From positions 1-62,962 of IMG/VR virus record IMGVR_UViG_3300033559_000345: a DNA stretch of 62,962 nucleotides. The stretch is one strand, 5' to 3'. Below, in pieces: positions 26,618 through 34,962 of this stretch; position 1 is the first letter of the stretch, and each line of letters starts with the position of its first letter. The translations under genes were made by a program, and so were the position numbers. The notes beneath the pieces are model-generated. The model had not been told where the DNA came from and ran no database searches. It saw only the letters and a program-made list of their open reading frames with translations. The DNA comes from a virus. Taxonomy: Duplodnaviria > Caudoviricetes.

Positions 26618-28465
26618 ATGGATATAAAAATTGTAGAAGGAAGACATGACCGAGAGCTTTGTGCATATTGTAATGATGAGCGCATGCTGAAAAAAATAGA
26701 TGCGTATGCCGACGGCTTTATTCAAATGAGCAAGATGAGGACATTCTTTCCTGTTGACTGTGCGATTAATGTTTTGCGCGCAGTAAAAAATGATCGTGTA
26801 ATAATGACTGATGATGTTAGGTCAAAGGTAAAAAATGCAATAGCACGGTATAAAAAGAATGTTGAGAAGATTGAAAAAATAGTCTCTCAATATGACCCTG
26901 AGGTTGTAAAGCGTGTTAGGGATGAAGGTGGCGATGACGGTATTTACTTTGACTACAAATACAGAGGTAAGTACCCTCATGTTCTTTCGCATCAGAAGAT
27001 TATGTACAACATGATGCGGTATTGTGACTGTGCAGCTCTTCTGTCAGATCCGGGAACTTGTAAAACAGCCCCGTATTTATGGGCAATTGACACAAGGATA
27101 CAGCTTGGAGATGTAAAGAAGGCGCTCATAGTTACACTTGCCGCGCTTGTACCAAACATAAGGCCTGAGATTGAAGTACAAGCCCCACACCTTACAAGTG
27201 TGCCGCTTATAGGCGGGGCTGATCGTGTGAGCAAAATACTCAATAAGAGCTTCAGTGTGCGGAATAAGAATTCTGATTATGATATCTATATTATGTCGTA
27301 TGAATCAATACGGGCGTATAAGGACATCATACCTGATGATTATTTTCAAATGGTCATACTTGATGAGGCTCATAGAGCCGGAAGCCCTGACTCCCAGCAG
27401 ACGCAAGCTATCATCGATAAGTTTAAGTATACTCCATATAAGTATATTGCAACTGGGACATTGAATGCTAATAATCTGATGTCATTTTTTATGCCATATA
27501 GGTTTATGGCTGCGTGGGCTGTTCCGATATCGAATTACTTTGCATTCCGGTCATACTACATGAAAGCCGTAGACGAAGATCAGCACATCTGGGTTGAACG
27601 CAAAGGGTCACGCGAAATAGTATCCAAGATAATAAGTCGCATGGCTGTTGTATTCAAGAAAGAGGACTGCCTGGACCTGCCTGACCTTATCTATGAAAAC
27701 ATTGATGTAGAGCTTTCAAGTGAAGCTCGGCAGTTTTATAATTCAATCGATGACGAGCTTCAGGCTTATATGCATGATATGTGTGATATGTGTGACTCGA
27801 GAGACACATGTAGTCGGACTGTATGTAATAACCAGGTTGCTATTGAGCACACTCAAACTCGATTAATTAAACTGAGGCAGATTACATCTGGCTTTTACAA
27901 GAACACTGTTGTTGAGGAAGATCCTATTACCGGCGAAGAGATTGATAATTCGAATTACATTTGGTTTAAGGATAACCACAAACTGAATGCTATGATGTCT
28001 TACATCACCACTCTTCCAAGTGATAAGACTACTAAAATTATCGTATGGTGTACATTTGTGAAAAGTGTTGAGGCCGTTGCTGAAAAGTTGAGAAAAGTAT
28101 ATGGCGATAAATCAGTTATCACATGCTACAGAAGCGATAGCGCCTATGACAAGGAGCAGGAGTTCAAGCATGGTGATGCAAGATTCATTGTTGCTATGGA
28201 CAGAAAGCTTGGTGTTGGACTTAATATGCAGTATTCAAATTATATGCTCTTTTATGAAAAAGATCATTCATTGATAAAGAGAGAGCAGCAGCTTGGAAGG
28301 CAGCATAGAAAGGGTCAACTCCGCAAAGTGACGGCAATTGATTTTAGTTGCACCGACACAACTGATAAGGAGATAACAAAATGTCTCCAGAACAAAGTAG
28401 CGCTAGCTTCTGAATTAGAAGCGTATGCTAGAGTGGCAAAGGCTAGAGTCATACCAAGACATTAA
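26618..28465 (+). CDS. SNF2-family helicase/ATPase
   Basis: DPGTCKT, ILDEAH, ATGT, LRQIT, GVGLNMQ and QQLGRQHRKGQ; Cys-rich insert CDMC...C...C. Confidence 0.85.
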   Translation: MDIKIVEGRHDRELCAYCNDERMLKKIDAYADGFIQMSKMRTFFPVDCAINVLRAVKNDRVIMTDDVRSKVKNAIARYKKNVEKIEKIVSQYDPEVVKRVRDEGGDDGIYFDYKYRGKYPHVLSHQKIMYNMMRYCDCAALLSDPGTCKTAPYLWAIDTRIQLGDVKKALIVTLAALVPNIRPEIEVQAPHLTSVPLIGGADRVSKILNKSFSVRNKNSDYDIYIMSYESIRAYKDIIPDDYFQMVILDEAHRAGSPDSQQTQAIIDKFKYTPYKYIATGTLNANNLMSFFMPYRFMAAWAVPISNYFAFRSYYMKAVDEDQHIWVERKGSREIVSKIISRMAVVFKKEDCLDLPDLIYENIDVELSSEARQFYNSIDDELQAYMHDMCDMCDSRDTCSRTVCNNQVAIEHTQTRLIKLRQITSGFYKNTVVEEDPITGEEIDNSNYIWFKDNHKLNAMMSYITTLPSDKTTKIIVWCTFVKSVEAVAEKLRKVYGDKSVITCYRSDSAYDKEQEFKHGDARFIVAMDRKLGVGLNMQYSNYMLFYEKDHSLIKREQQLGRQHRKGQLRKVTAIDFSCTDTTDKEITKCLQNKVALASELEAYARVAKARVIPRH

Positions 28466-28481
28466 TAAAAAATAAAAACCG

Positions 28482-28517
28482 TGTTATAATGGCTTTAAAG
28501 TTGAAATAATTACTTTG
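28482..28517 (+). promoter_or_regulatory. Putative phage promoter TGTTAT-N17-AATAAT (copy 4), overlapping a terminator-like hairpin
   Basis: TGTTAT 28482-28487 and AATAAT 28505-28510; inverted repeat 28488-28501/28512-28525 followed by a T-run. Confidence 0.65.
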
Positions 28518-28546
28518 AAGCCATTTTAATTTTTTTAGGAGGTATT

Positions 28547-30310
28547 ATGGAAATTACAGAAGAGATGATCCTTGAAAGTGCAGAGGCTAAATTAGAAATA
28601 ATTAAGCACAGAGTTAATATGTCGCATGAAGAATTGATTACGTCAACAATTCAAAACATTATTGCTACAGGTGAAAGGTGTGGATCTGAATCCCAGGTTT
28701 CAAGAGTTGAAATTCCAAAAGTGTTACATACAAAATTATTTAATGACAGGTTTGGCAATGACTTTACAGTATATGCTTACGCCCACCCTGATCATGCAAA
28801 TAGTTTTATTATCACACTGGAGGGTACTAGTAGTATTGCCAATCCGCGCGACAGTGTTATTCAGTCTTTTTCTGAAATTATTGGCGTTGCACATAATCAT
28901 AATATTGTGTTCATAAAGCCTGGCAGCGCATCGGTGACTGGGAAAGGATCTGTTGCCATGCTGCTGAGCGGATGCGACCCCATTTCTTATGTATTGATCG
29001 AAAGGTTATATTGCTCGCCCAGTACTACGGATAATGTTGATGTGGTAAACCCCATCAATGACTATGAGACGTATAATAAGATAGTATCAATATCATATGT
29101 AATTAACTCTGTTGTTGTCAATTTTAATAACTACAGCAGTGATAATATGATTAAGACAAACTATGATATTAAATCTAATTACGTCGGTGTAATACCAGCA
29201 TTAATGGTGTATAACAAATCTGCAAGTGCAATGACACCGTCTGGCGGTAGATCGTGCTCTGTTCAATTCAAAAATCCCAAAAACAATACCGATAAAATAA
29301 ACAGCATCAGTAAGGTTTACAAGGATCTTATCACAGATGTTGTGTATGGCATTGAGATTGTCGATCAAGAGTTACATATTATTATATGCTCATTTGGTGA
29401 TGGAACATCTACAATGCAGTTTCACGGCGTGATGAAAAGTATCATAGAGCAAGTTAGTCTATCAGACAAACCTCTGGATGAGGTATATGCGATGCTTGGT
29501 GATAAGTATAAACATGCATTTGATCGCTTTTCAGCAGTATCTGAGTACAGTCTTAGATATGGCATACAAGGCGGTCTTGAGCAAAGGCGCAATGAGTACA
29601 ATGTGCTCTATAAGGATATTGAACGATTGATTACTGAGTTGTCCTATCTCAAAACAAGAACAAATCAGATTAATCGTGAAATAGAATTACTTTCAAAAGG
29701 TGAGCATGGGGTTAATTTTGGAGCTAAGATTGATCTTGTTAAAAGGAATCCAAAAATAAAAATGGTCACGTTTACACTTGATGGAAACCCTATTGATGAT
29801 GATTTTGACCCGTTAAAGGCTAGTGGGAAAGTTGAAATAAATATTTTCACTAATAATATTTATATCCACCACCAGGATGAGTGGTATGATATTGGAACAT
29901 TTCACATATCCCTGCAGATGACGCCTGACAGTAGCAAGGGAACATTGAGATATAAATTGAAAATTTTCAATACCAAGCATACTATTGATGCGTTCTGGGG
30001 TGAAAGTCAACATCCACATGTTAATTCCGAAGGTAATCCATGCCAGGGTGATGCTGTCACATCTATTACAGATGCGCTTGCATCTTATGATTTTGCGGCA
30101 GTTGTTCTTATCTGTGTGAACTATGTATCTTCATTTAATCCTAATGACCCTGCTGGGCGAAGTATAACAGCATGGCCCACGGTTCCCGAGAGCGTAGTTT
30201 ATGACAACAGTGCGGCAGATGTATCAATAATTGATACAGAGCGATTTATGGCTGCTAGAAAATCTGAATCAAATGCTTTACAAAACGCATTTGCTAACAG
30301 GATGGGATGA
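28547..30310 (+). CDS. Coiled-coil protein with a C-terminal prokaryotic E2 (UBC-like) domain
   Basis: QHPHVNSEGNPCQGD matches the E2 HPH/HPN...C catalytic signature (Cys codon 30041-30043); preceded by a heptad-like helix; adjacent to JAB, E1 and Ubl genes. Confidence 0.75.
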   Translation: MEITEEMILESAEAKLEIIKHRVNMSHEELITSTIQNIIATGERCGSESQVSRVEIPKVLHTKLFNDRFGNDFTVYAYAHPDHANSFIITLEGTSSIANPRDSVIQSFSEIIGVAHNHNIVFIKPGSASVTGKGSVAMLLSGCDPISYVLIERLYCSPSTTDNVDVVNPINDYETYNKIVSISYVINSVVVNFNNYSSDNMIKTNYDIKSNYVGVIPALMVYNKSASAMTPSGGRSCSVQFKNPKNNTDKINSISKVYKDLITDVVYGIEIVDQELHIIICSFGDGTSTMQFHGVMKSIIEQVSLSDKPLDEVYAMLGDKYKHAFDRFSAVSEYSLRYGIQGGLEQRRNEYNVLYKDIERLITELSYLKTRTNQINREIELLSKGEHGVNFGAKIDLVKRNPKIKMVTFTLDGNPIDDDFDPLKASGKVEINIFTNNIYIHHQDEWYDIGTFHISLQMTPDSSKGTLRYKLKIFNTKHTIDAFWGESQHPHVNSEGNPCQGDAVTSITDALASYDFAAVVLICVNYVSSFNPNDPAGRSITAWPTVPESVVYDNSAADVSIIDTERFMAARKSESNALQNAFANRMG

Positions 30311-30322
30311 TTTTTTTGTAAC

Positions 30323-30350
30323 GGGTGGTCTATACCACCCTTTTCTTTTT
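30323..30350 (+). terminator. Intrinsic terminator between the two E2-like genes
   Basis: GGGTGGT-ctat-ACCACCC followed by TTTTCTTTTT. Confidence 0.65.
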
Positions 30351-30371
30351 ACTTAAATATATGGAGGTGTT

Positions 30372-31766
30372 ATGCCAGCTCAGAAAATTATGATCAAGAT
30401 TATTGACATTGATATTGGTACATGTACTGATTATCAAGCACAATATTCAAAGCAACTGGTTGTTGCTGCAACCAAAATAACTGGAATGATTCTAGATAAA
30501 ACCTTGTTCGAAAATCTTTCAGTACATATTGAGAATGGAGCTATAATAATTGAGTCAGAACATCATATTGGTGATGACTTCATTAGCACGCTTAATTCTG
30601 CAATAGGCTTTGGAACGAGATATGGAAATGTTATAGAGCATTTCATTGCAAACCCCTATAAGTCAAATTCTGATAATGAGTCACTTGCAAGTTTTGTGTA
30701 TAGCCATATAGTTGGCTCATGGGAAATAAGAAGACCCCTTGAGCATCTTTCAGAAATGTACACAAATTATGTTATGCATCGCACAGGGGTGGAGAATGAT
30801 GCTGACTATGACTTGGATGTTGAAGAGGAAATTGAGGATGATGACACAGGGGACATCGACCTTGATGATGTTGAGCCAGAGCCAGTGCAAGTTACAGAGC
30901 CGGCTCAAACTAATGTATCAAACATTGGCCGTAGAATGTCACAGATCTTTGCTGAAGACAGTTCACTGTCAGCTTATTATGATATGTACAAGAAAAGCAT
31001 AGAAGGCGTTGTTATTCCAGAGGATTGGTATAGATCAGTTGCCAATGGCGATCTTATGAATAAGATTCATGATTGGAATGGCAATGGTATCTTAACAGGT
31101 ATACTTGATCCTGTTAAAAATGATCCCATGATGCCGAGTTCTGCAAATTCAACATCTGTACAATTCAACGAAAGAATGGCTGCAATCGATAAAAGGATTG
31201 CTGAATCAGAGAATACAATAGTGACTCTCAAGAAGGAAAGAAGAGCAATGGTTGATTCCAGATTGTACATGGACTCATACATTAATAATGTAAGAAATTT
31301 CATGATACAGGTTAAATCCATGGATATTGTAAAAGGTGTAGACCTTGTACTTCGTGATAATCGGCCGAAGACCGCTGTTGTGCATCTGGTAGACATGACT
31401 GTTCCATATGAGGGTGCTGAAAAGGTTTTGAGCGGATTATCCATAGAAGTTAATCTCAGGATTTTTACGCCGAGCAATAGCAGTCGGATGAAGGCGTCGA
31501 GTGGTATACACATACTTGCGTCAGATCCGATTTCTGTCATGGATGATTATAAAACATTCTCTGTGTGCCCTCATGCAAGAGCTTTTAAGGATGCAACTGG
31601 AAACTGGAATCTTGCAGCGTGCTTTGGTGATTACGAAGATTGCATTAATCAGGCTATTATGGAAAATGCTTATGAAGACCTGATAAGAACAATCGCCGAG
31701 TTCATACGAAGCTATAATGAGAACGACTGTTTTGGTGAGTCTATCAAGCTCTACCCTAACGCCTAA
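30372..31766 (+). CDS. Second coiled-coil protein with a C-terminal E2-like domain
   Basis: CPHA...ACFGD (Cys 31620-31622). The last ~46 aa align without gaps to the first E2 (CFGD...SYNENDCFGESIKLYP vs CQGD...SFNPNDPAGRSITAWP). Acidic linker and coiled coil upstream. Confidence 0.65.
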   Translation: MPAQKIMIKIIDIDIGTCTDYQAQYSKQLVVAATKITGMILDKTLFENLSVHIENGAIIIESEHHIGDDFISTLNSAIGFGTRYGNVIEHFIANPYKSNSDNESLASFVYSHIVGSWEIRRPLEHLSEMYTNYVMHRTGVENDADYDLDVEEEIEDDDTGDIDLDDVEPEPVQVTEPAQTNVSNIGRRMSQIFAEDSSLSAYYDMYKKSIEGVVIPEDWYRSVANGDLMNKIHDWNGNGILTGILDPVKNDPMMPSSANSTSVQFNERMAAIDKRIAESENTIVTLKKERRAMVDSRLYMDSYINNVRNFMIQVKSMDIVKGVDLVLRDNRPKTAVVHLVDMTVPYEGAEKVLSGLSIEVNLRIFTPSNSSRMKASSGIHILASDPISVMDDYKTFSVCPHARAFKDATGNWNLAACFGDYEDCINQAIMENAYEDLIRTIAEFIRSYNENDCFGESIKLYPNA

Positions 31767-31792
31767 CAAAAAAATTCCAGATAGTGATGTGA

Positions 31793-31828
31793 TGTTATTT
31801 CACATCGCTATTTGGAATAATAATATTG
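31793..31828 (+). promoter_or_regulatory. Putative phage promoter TGTTAT-N17-AATAAT (copy 5), within a 19-bp hairpin
   Basis: TGTTAT 31793-31798 and AATAAT 31816-31821; arms 31774-31792/31800-31818. Confidence 0.65.
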
Positions 31829-31844
31829 AAGGAGGATTTTAATC

Positions 31845-33512
31845 ATGAATGTTGAAATTTGGAAAGAGGCTATTAAAGAGCCTGAGTTAACCTTCACAGT
31901 GAGTGCCGATGCAAAACTTAAAGCTATGCTGAAGCACCATAAGAATGAAGTGATGTTTCTTTTACTCATCAAAGAGCGCAAGCCCCATGTTCTTGAGGTG
32001 TATGACATCCTTTACCCGAAGAATACCACTATGGATGGTGCATTCTGCAAGATTGATCATGATGATCACAGTAATAGTTTCTATAACCGGTTTGTTCAGC
32101 TGTATGGCTCTGATAGAACACTTGAGATATGGCGCGATCAAATAGGAATTGCGCATAGTCATGTCAATATGGGGGCTAGCTTCTCCGGGTATGACAATAC
32201 ATTCATTGATGACTATTTGAAGCAGTACCGGTCAAACTATTTTGTATTCTCAGTGTTTAATAAGAGTATGCAGCATACAATTCATCTGTATGATTCCGAG
32301 CAAAGGGCTAAGTTTCTTATGCCATATATCGTACAGCCATCTGAAAAAGAAATTGCAGCATGTATGAGCCGAATTGCACGGGAGTCATCTATGATACTGC
32401 AGGATATTGCAGGGGGCAGTGGTGACCTGAAGTCTGGTTATCAGCGTTTTGTAAACCTTATACAGAGTCCCGTTGATGAAAAGGTATTGTCCAGAATTGA
32501 CAAGAGCATTGAATATCTTGCTACACGCAGAATGAATGACTTGGATAACACTAAGAACGGCCATCTAGCTAGATTTCAATCTGCCTATGACGGCTATGGG
32601 TATAATGGATGTCAAAACAACTCTGAGTACACCCATGGTGGTTTATCCCGAAACATTGAGCGCGATATGTTTGATGAAGTAATATACGGCTCTAAGCAGC
32701 CGGTTAATACTAAGAAGTCAAAACCAAGCAGTTCAACCGCTGTTGTGTCAGATGAGTTTGCAGAAATTGATGTAGACTCAAATATGATTCTTGATAGTCT
32801 GGATTATATAATGGGAGTAAACTATCCTGAGCTTGTGCATGTATGGTTTAATTACGGAGCGCCAGGTGCCCAGGTGATACCCAGAATTTTCAAAAATATG
32901 CCTATTGATAATGTCAAGGCTATGGTTATACAAAGGCTAATTGACATGTCGTTCTATGATGTTGGTGATTCAGTATTTGATATTGCATCGCTAAAATCAA
33001 TATATGATAGTACCAATGAGTTTTCTGCAAATCTTGTTGCGAATAATCCTAATGCATATGTGAGCTGCGTAGTTGACGGTGAGGCTCATACTGCCGCCAA
33101 ATCTATAATCATGAAGCTTGTAGGTACAGGGATGTATGAAGAGGCTCTTGATGCTTTTATGCAAGAGTCTTATCTGGAAATGTTCGCCGACTATGTTGAT
33201 GACTGTTCTACAGATGGCGGCCTTGATAATAGTGATCTCAACTTTATCGGCACAATGTTTAAAATGTATGTCAAGGGTTTGATTCTGTGGGTGATTACAT
33301 CAGCAATATTTGATGGTCACAACCCAAAAGAATTTAACAAGTCTGTTAATAAGGTTATCAGAGACAGTAATATTGCAGATAAAAGCAATATTGTCGATCT
33401 TGTTTATGATAATAGTAGATCTGACGATCCTCAATATGGAGCTGCTTATTTTGATGGGCTGTTAAATGAAAAGCTAACAGCGTTGGATAAAACAGGTTTC
33501 TCTATACATTAA
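31845..33512 (+). CDS. JAB/MPN+ (JAMM) metallopeptidase with a long C-terminal extension
   Basis: Exact HxH-x7-S-x2-D motif HSHVNMGASFSGYD (32154-32195) with an upstream Glu (KNEV). Confidence 0.85.
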   Translation: MNVEIWKEAIKEPELTFTVSADAKLKAMLKHHKNEVMFLLLIKERKPHVLEVYDILYPKNTTMDGAFCKIDHDDHSNSFYNRFVQLYGSDRTLEIWRDQIGIAHSHVNMGASFSGYDNTFIDDYLKQYRSNYFVFSVFNKSMQHTIHLYDSEQRAKFLMPYIVQPSEKEIAACMSRIARESSMILQDIAGGSGDLKSGYQRFVNLIQSPVDEKVLSRIDKSIEYLATRRMNDLDNTKNGHLARFQSAYDGYGYNGCQNNSEYTHGGLSRNIERDMFDEVIYGSKQPVNTKKSKPSSSTAVVSDEFAEIDVDSNMILDSLDYIMGVNYPELVHVWFNYGAPGAQVIPRIFKNMPIDNVKAMVIQRLIDMSFYDVGDSVFDIASLKSIYDSTNEFSANLVANNPNAYVSCVVDGEAHTAAKSIIMKLVGTGMYEEALDAFMQESYLEMFADYVDDCSTDGGLDNSDLNFIGTMFKMYVKGLILWVITSAIFDGHNPKEFNKSVNKVIRDSNIADKSNIVDLVYDNSRSDDPQYGAAYFDGLLNEKLTALDKTGFSIH

Positions 33513-33534
33513 TAACCTTAAAGAAGGAGCTGAT

Positions 33535-34287
33535 ATGAAGATGGTGAGTAATTTCACCAGACAGATGAGTTTTGTTCCACCGGAGAAATTCGATGGAACA
33601 TGCGTATCTGTTATTGGTGTTGGAGCTGTAGGTTCCAACATTGCAATGTTACTTGCGCAGATGGGGTATGGTAGGCCAGGGTGTGGCGAACTACATCTGT
33701 ATGATTTTGACATCGTGGAAGAGCACAATCTGCCTAACCAGGCATTTTTACTCGAACACGTTGGCATGAAAAAAGTCGATGCTATGAAGGATCTTATCGA
33801 GAAGAAAATGGGCTTTTCCGTAAATGCTCACGATCGTAAGGTGACCGAGGACATGGCAGATGACCCGTCAATACGTAGATCTCACTACGTATTTATGGCT
33901 GTTGACTCAATGGCGGCTCGTAAGAGTATTCTGAAGAGCTTCCTGGAATTCAACATTACTACCAGGCTCATGATTGAGTCTCGCATGGGTGCTACTGATG
34001 GTATGGTTTTTGCCATTAACCCGCAGGACTACAATGAATGCCAGGTCTGGAGCGATAAGTGGTATACTGATGAAGAGTCAGTTGCTGGAGGGTGCGGAAC
34101 ATCAGCAAGTGTTGGTGTGACTACAACTTTCCTGGCTGCTTACAATGTCAGTACGATGATGCATCATTTCAGGGCAACTGATATACAGCACATCAATCCC
34201 ACAATCAGGAACGAGCTTCACCTTGAGCTCAATCCGTTCAATCTGATCAGCTTTGACTATAAAGCTGGATCAACAAAAACTTTTTAA
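33535..34287 (+). CDS. ThiF/MoeB/E1-family ubiquitin-like activating enzyme
   Basis: VIGVGAVGS nucleotide-binding loop, YDFDIVEEHNLPNQ, KVDA, AVDSMAAR and a candidate catalytic Cys in GGCGTS (34093-34095). Confidence 0.92.
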   Translation: MKMVSNFTRQMSFVPPEKFDGTCVSVIGVGAVGSNIAMLLAQMGYGRPGCGELHLYDFDIVEEHNLPNQAFLLEHVGMKKVDAMKDLIEKKMGFSVNAHDRKVTEDMADDPSIRRSHYVFMAVDSMAARKSILKSFLEFNITTRLMIESRMGATDGMVFAINPQDYNECQVWSDKWYTDEESVAGGCGTSASVGVTTTFLAAYNVSTMMHHFRATDIQHINPTIRNELHLELNPFNLISFDYKAGSTKTF

Positions 34288-34320
34288 TTTCCAAACAACC
34301 CAAAAGAAAGGTGCCTAATT

Positions 34321-34812
34321 ATGGTACGTGTAACTATTGTTCGTATGTCTCAGGACGCTCAGACCCTTGAATTCAATGAACCCGCCTATGTCCGTGATGC
34401 TTTCGCCCGCCTCGGAGTTGACCCTGCAAACTACACCAAATCGATCAAGGGTCGCAGTGTTGGCCTTGATACCCAGCTTATCGATGGTGATACTCTGGTG
34501 CTTGGTGTCAACAAGCTCTCTGCAGCGTTTGACTACATCATGGTCAGCTTTGTCTCCTCCGGAACAGGTGGATATGCACTTGAACCTATTAAGGTTCCCG
34601 TGTCACCTGCGGATGACGGCGTGCTGACAATTCGGGATGTCTATAACATGAAGAAAACTGAAATCGATTCTTCGTATTTCCGCCAGGCATCAGCTGACAA
34701 CTTCAAAATCTCCATGAATGGTGTCAATGCAACATTCGATACCAGAATCCGTGCAAACTATGCCGGTGAGGTATTTGTTGTGTTCAGCAAACCTATGAGT
34801 GCTGCGAAGTAG
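34321..34812 (+). CDS. Tandem ubiquitin-like (beta-grasp) protein with two Ubl units
   Basis: Unit 1 (aa 1-69): VRVTIV...VRDAF...IKGRSVGLDTQLIDGDTLVLGVNKLSAA, a ThiS/MoaD-like LxDGD motif. Unit 2: IMVSFV...TIRDV...MNGVNATFDTRI...VFSKPMSAA-K. Lies directly after the E1. Confidence 0.8.
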   Translation: MVRVTIVRMSQDAQTLEFNEPAYVRDAFARLGVDPANYTKSIKGRSVGLDTQLIDGDTLVLGVNKLSAAFDYIMVSFVSSGTGGYALEPIKVPVSPADDGVLTIRDVYNMKKTEIDSSYFRQASADNFKISMNGVNATFDTRIRANYAGEVFVVFSKPMSAAK

Positions 34813-34853
34813 TTTGATCCATAAACCCGTTTGAGTAGCTCCTTCCGGGTTGG

Positions 34854-34887
34854 AAGACATATCACTTTTGTGATATGTCTTTTTTTT
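34854..34887 (+). terminator. Intrinsic terminator ending the ubiquitin-like operon
   Basis: Perfect stem AAGACATATCAC-tttt-GTGATATGTCTT followed by a T-run. Confidence 0.8.
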
Positions 34888-34895
34888 AGCTATTA

Positions 34896-34926
34896 TAAAA
34901 CAAAAGAGGTTCCCGGGGGAACCTCT
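34896..34926 (-). terminator. Intrinsic terminator after the portal gene
   Basis: AGAGGTTCC...GGAACCTCT stem with TTTTGTTTT on the minus strand. Confidence 0.7.
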
Positions 34927-34962
34927 AATGCCATGATCAAAACACGAAAGGGCCTAAGTGTT

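Noticed and set aside
33535-34812. ThiF plus ThiS/MoaD as thiamine or molybdopterin biosynthesis genes
   Set aside because: No thiG, moaE or sulfurtransferase nearby and no C-terminal Gly-Gly; neighbours are E2-like and JAB genes. Sulfur transfer is disfavoured but not experimentally excluded.
34824-34851. Small AACCCG...CGGGTT stem after the Ubl gene as an ncRNA
   Set aside because: Only 6 bp and no recognisable RNA family; insufficient support.
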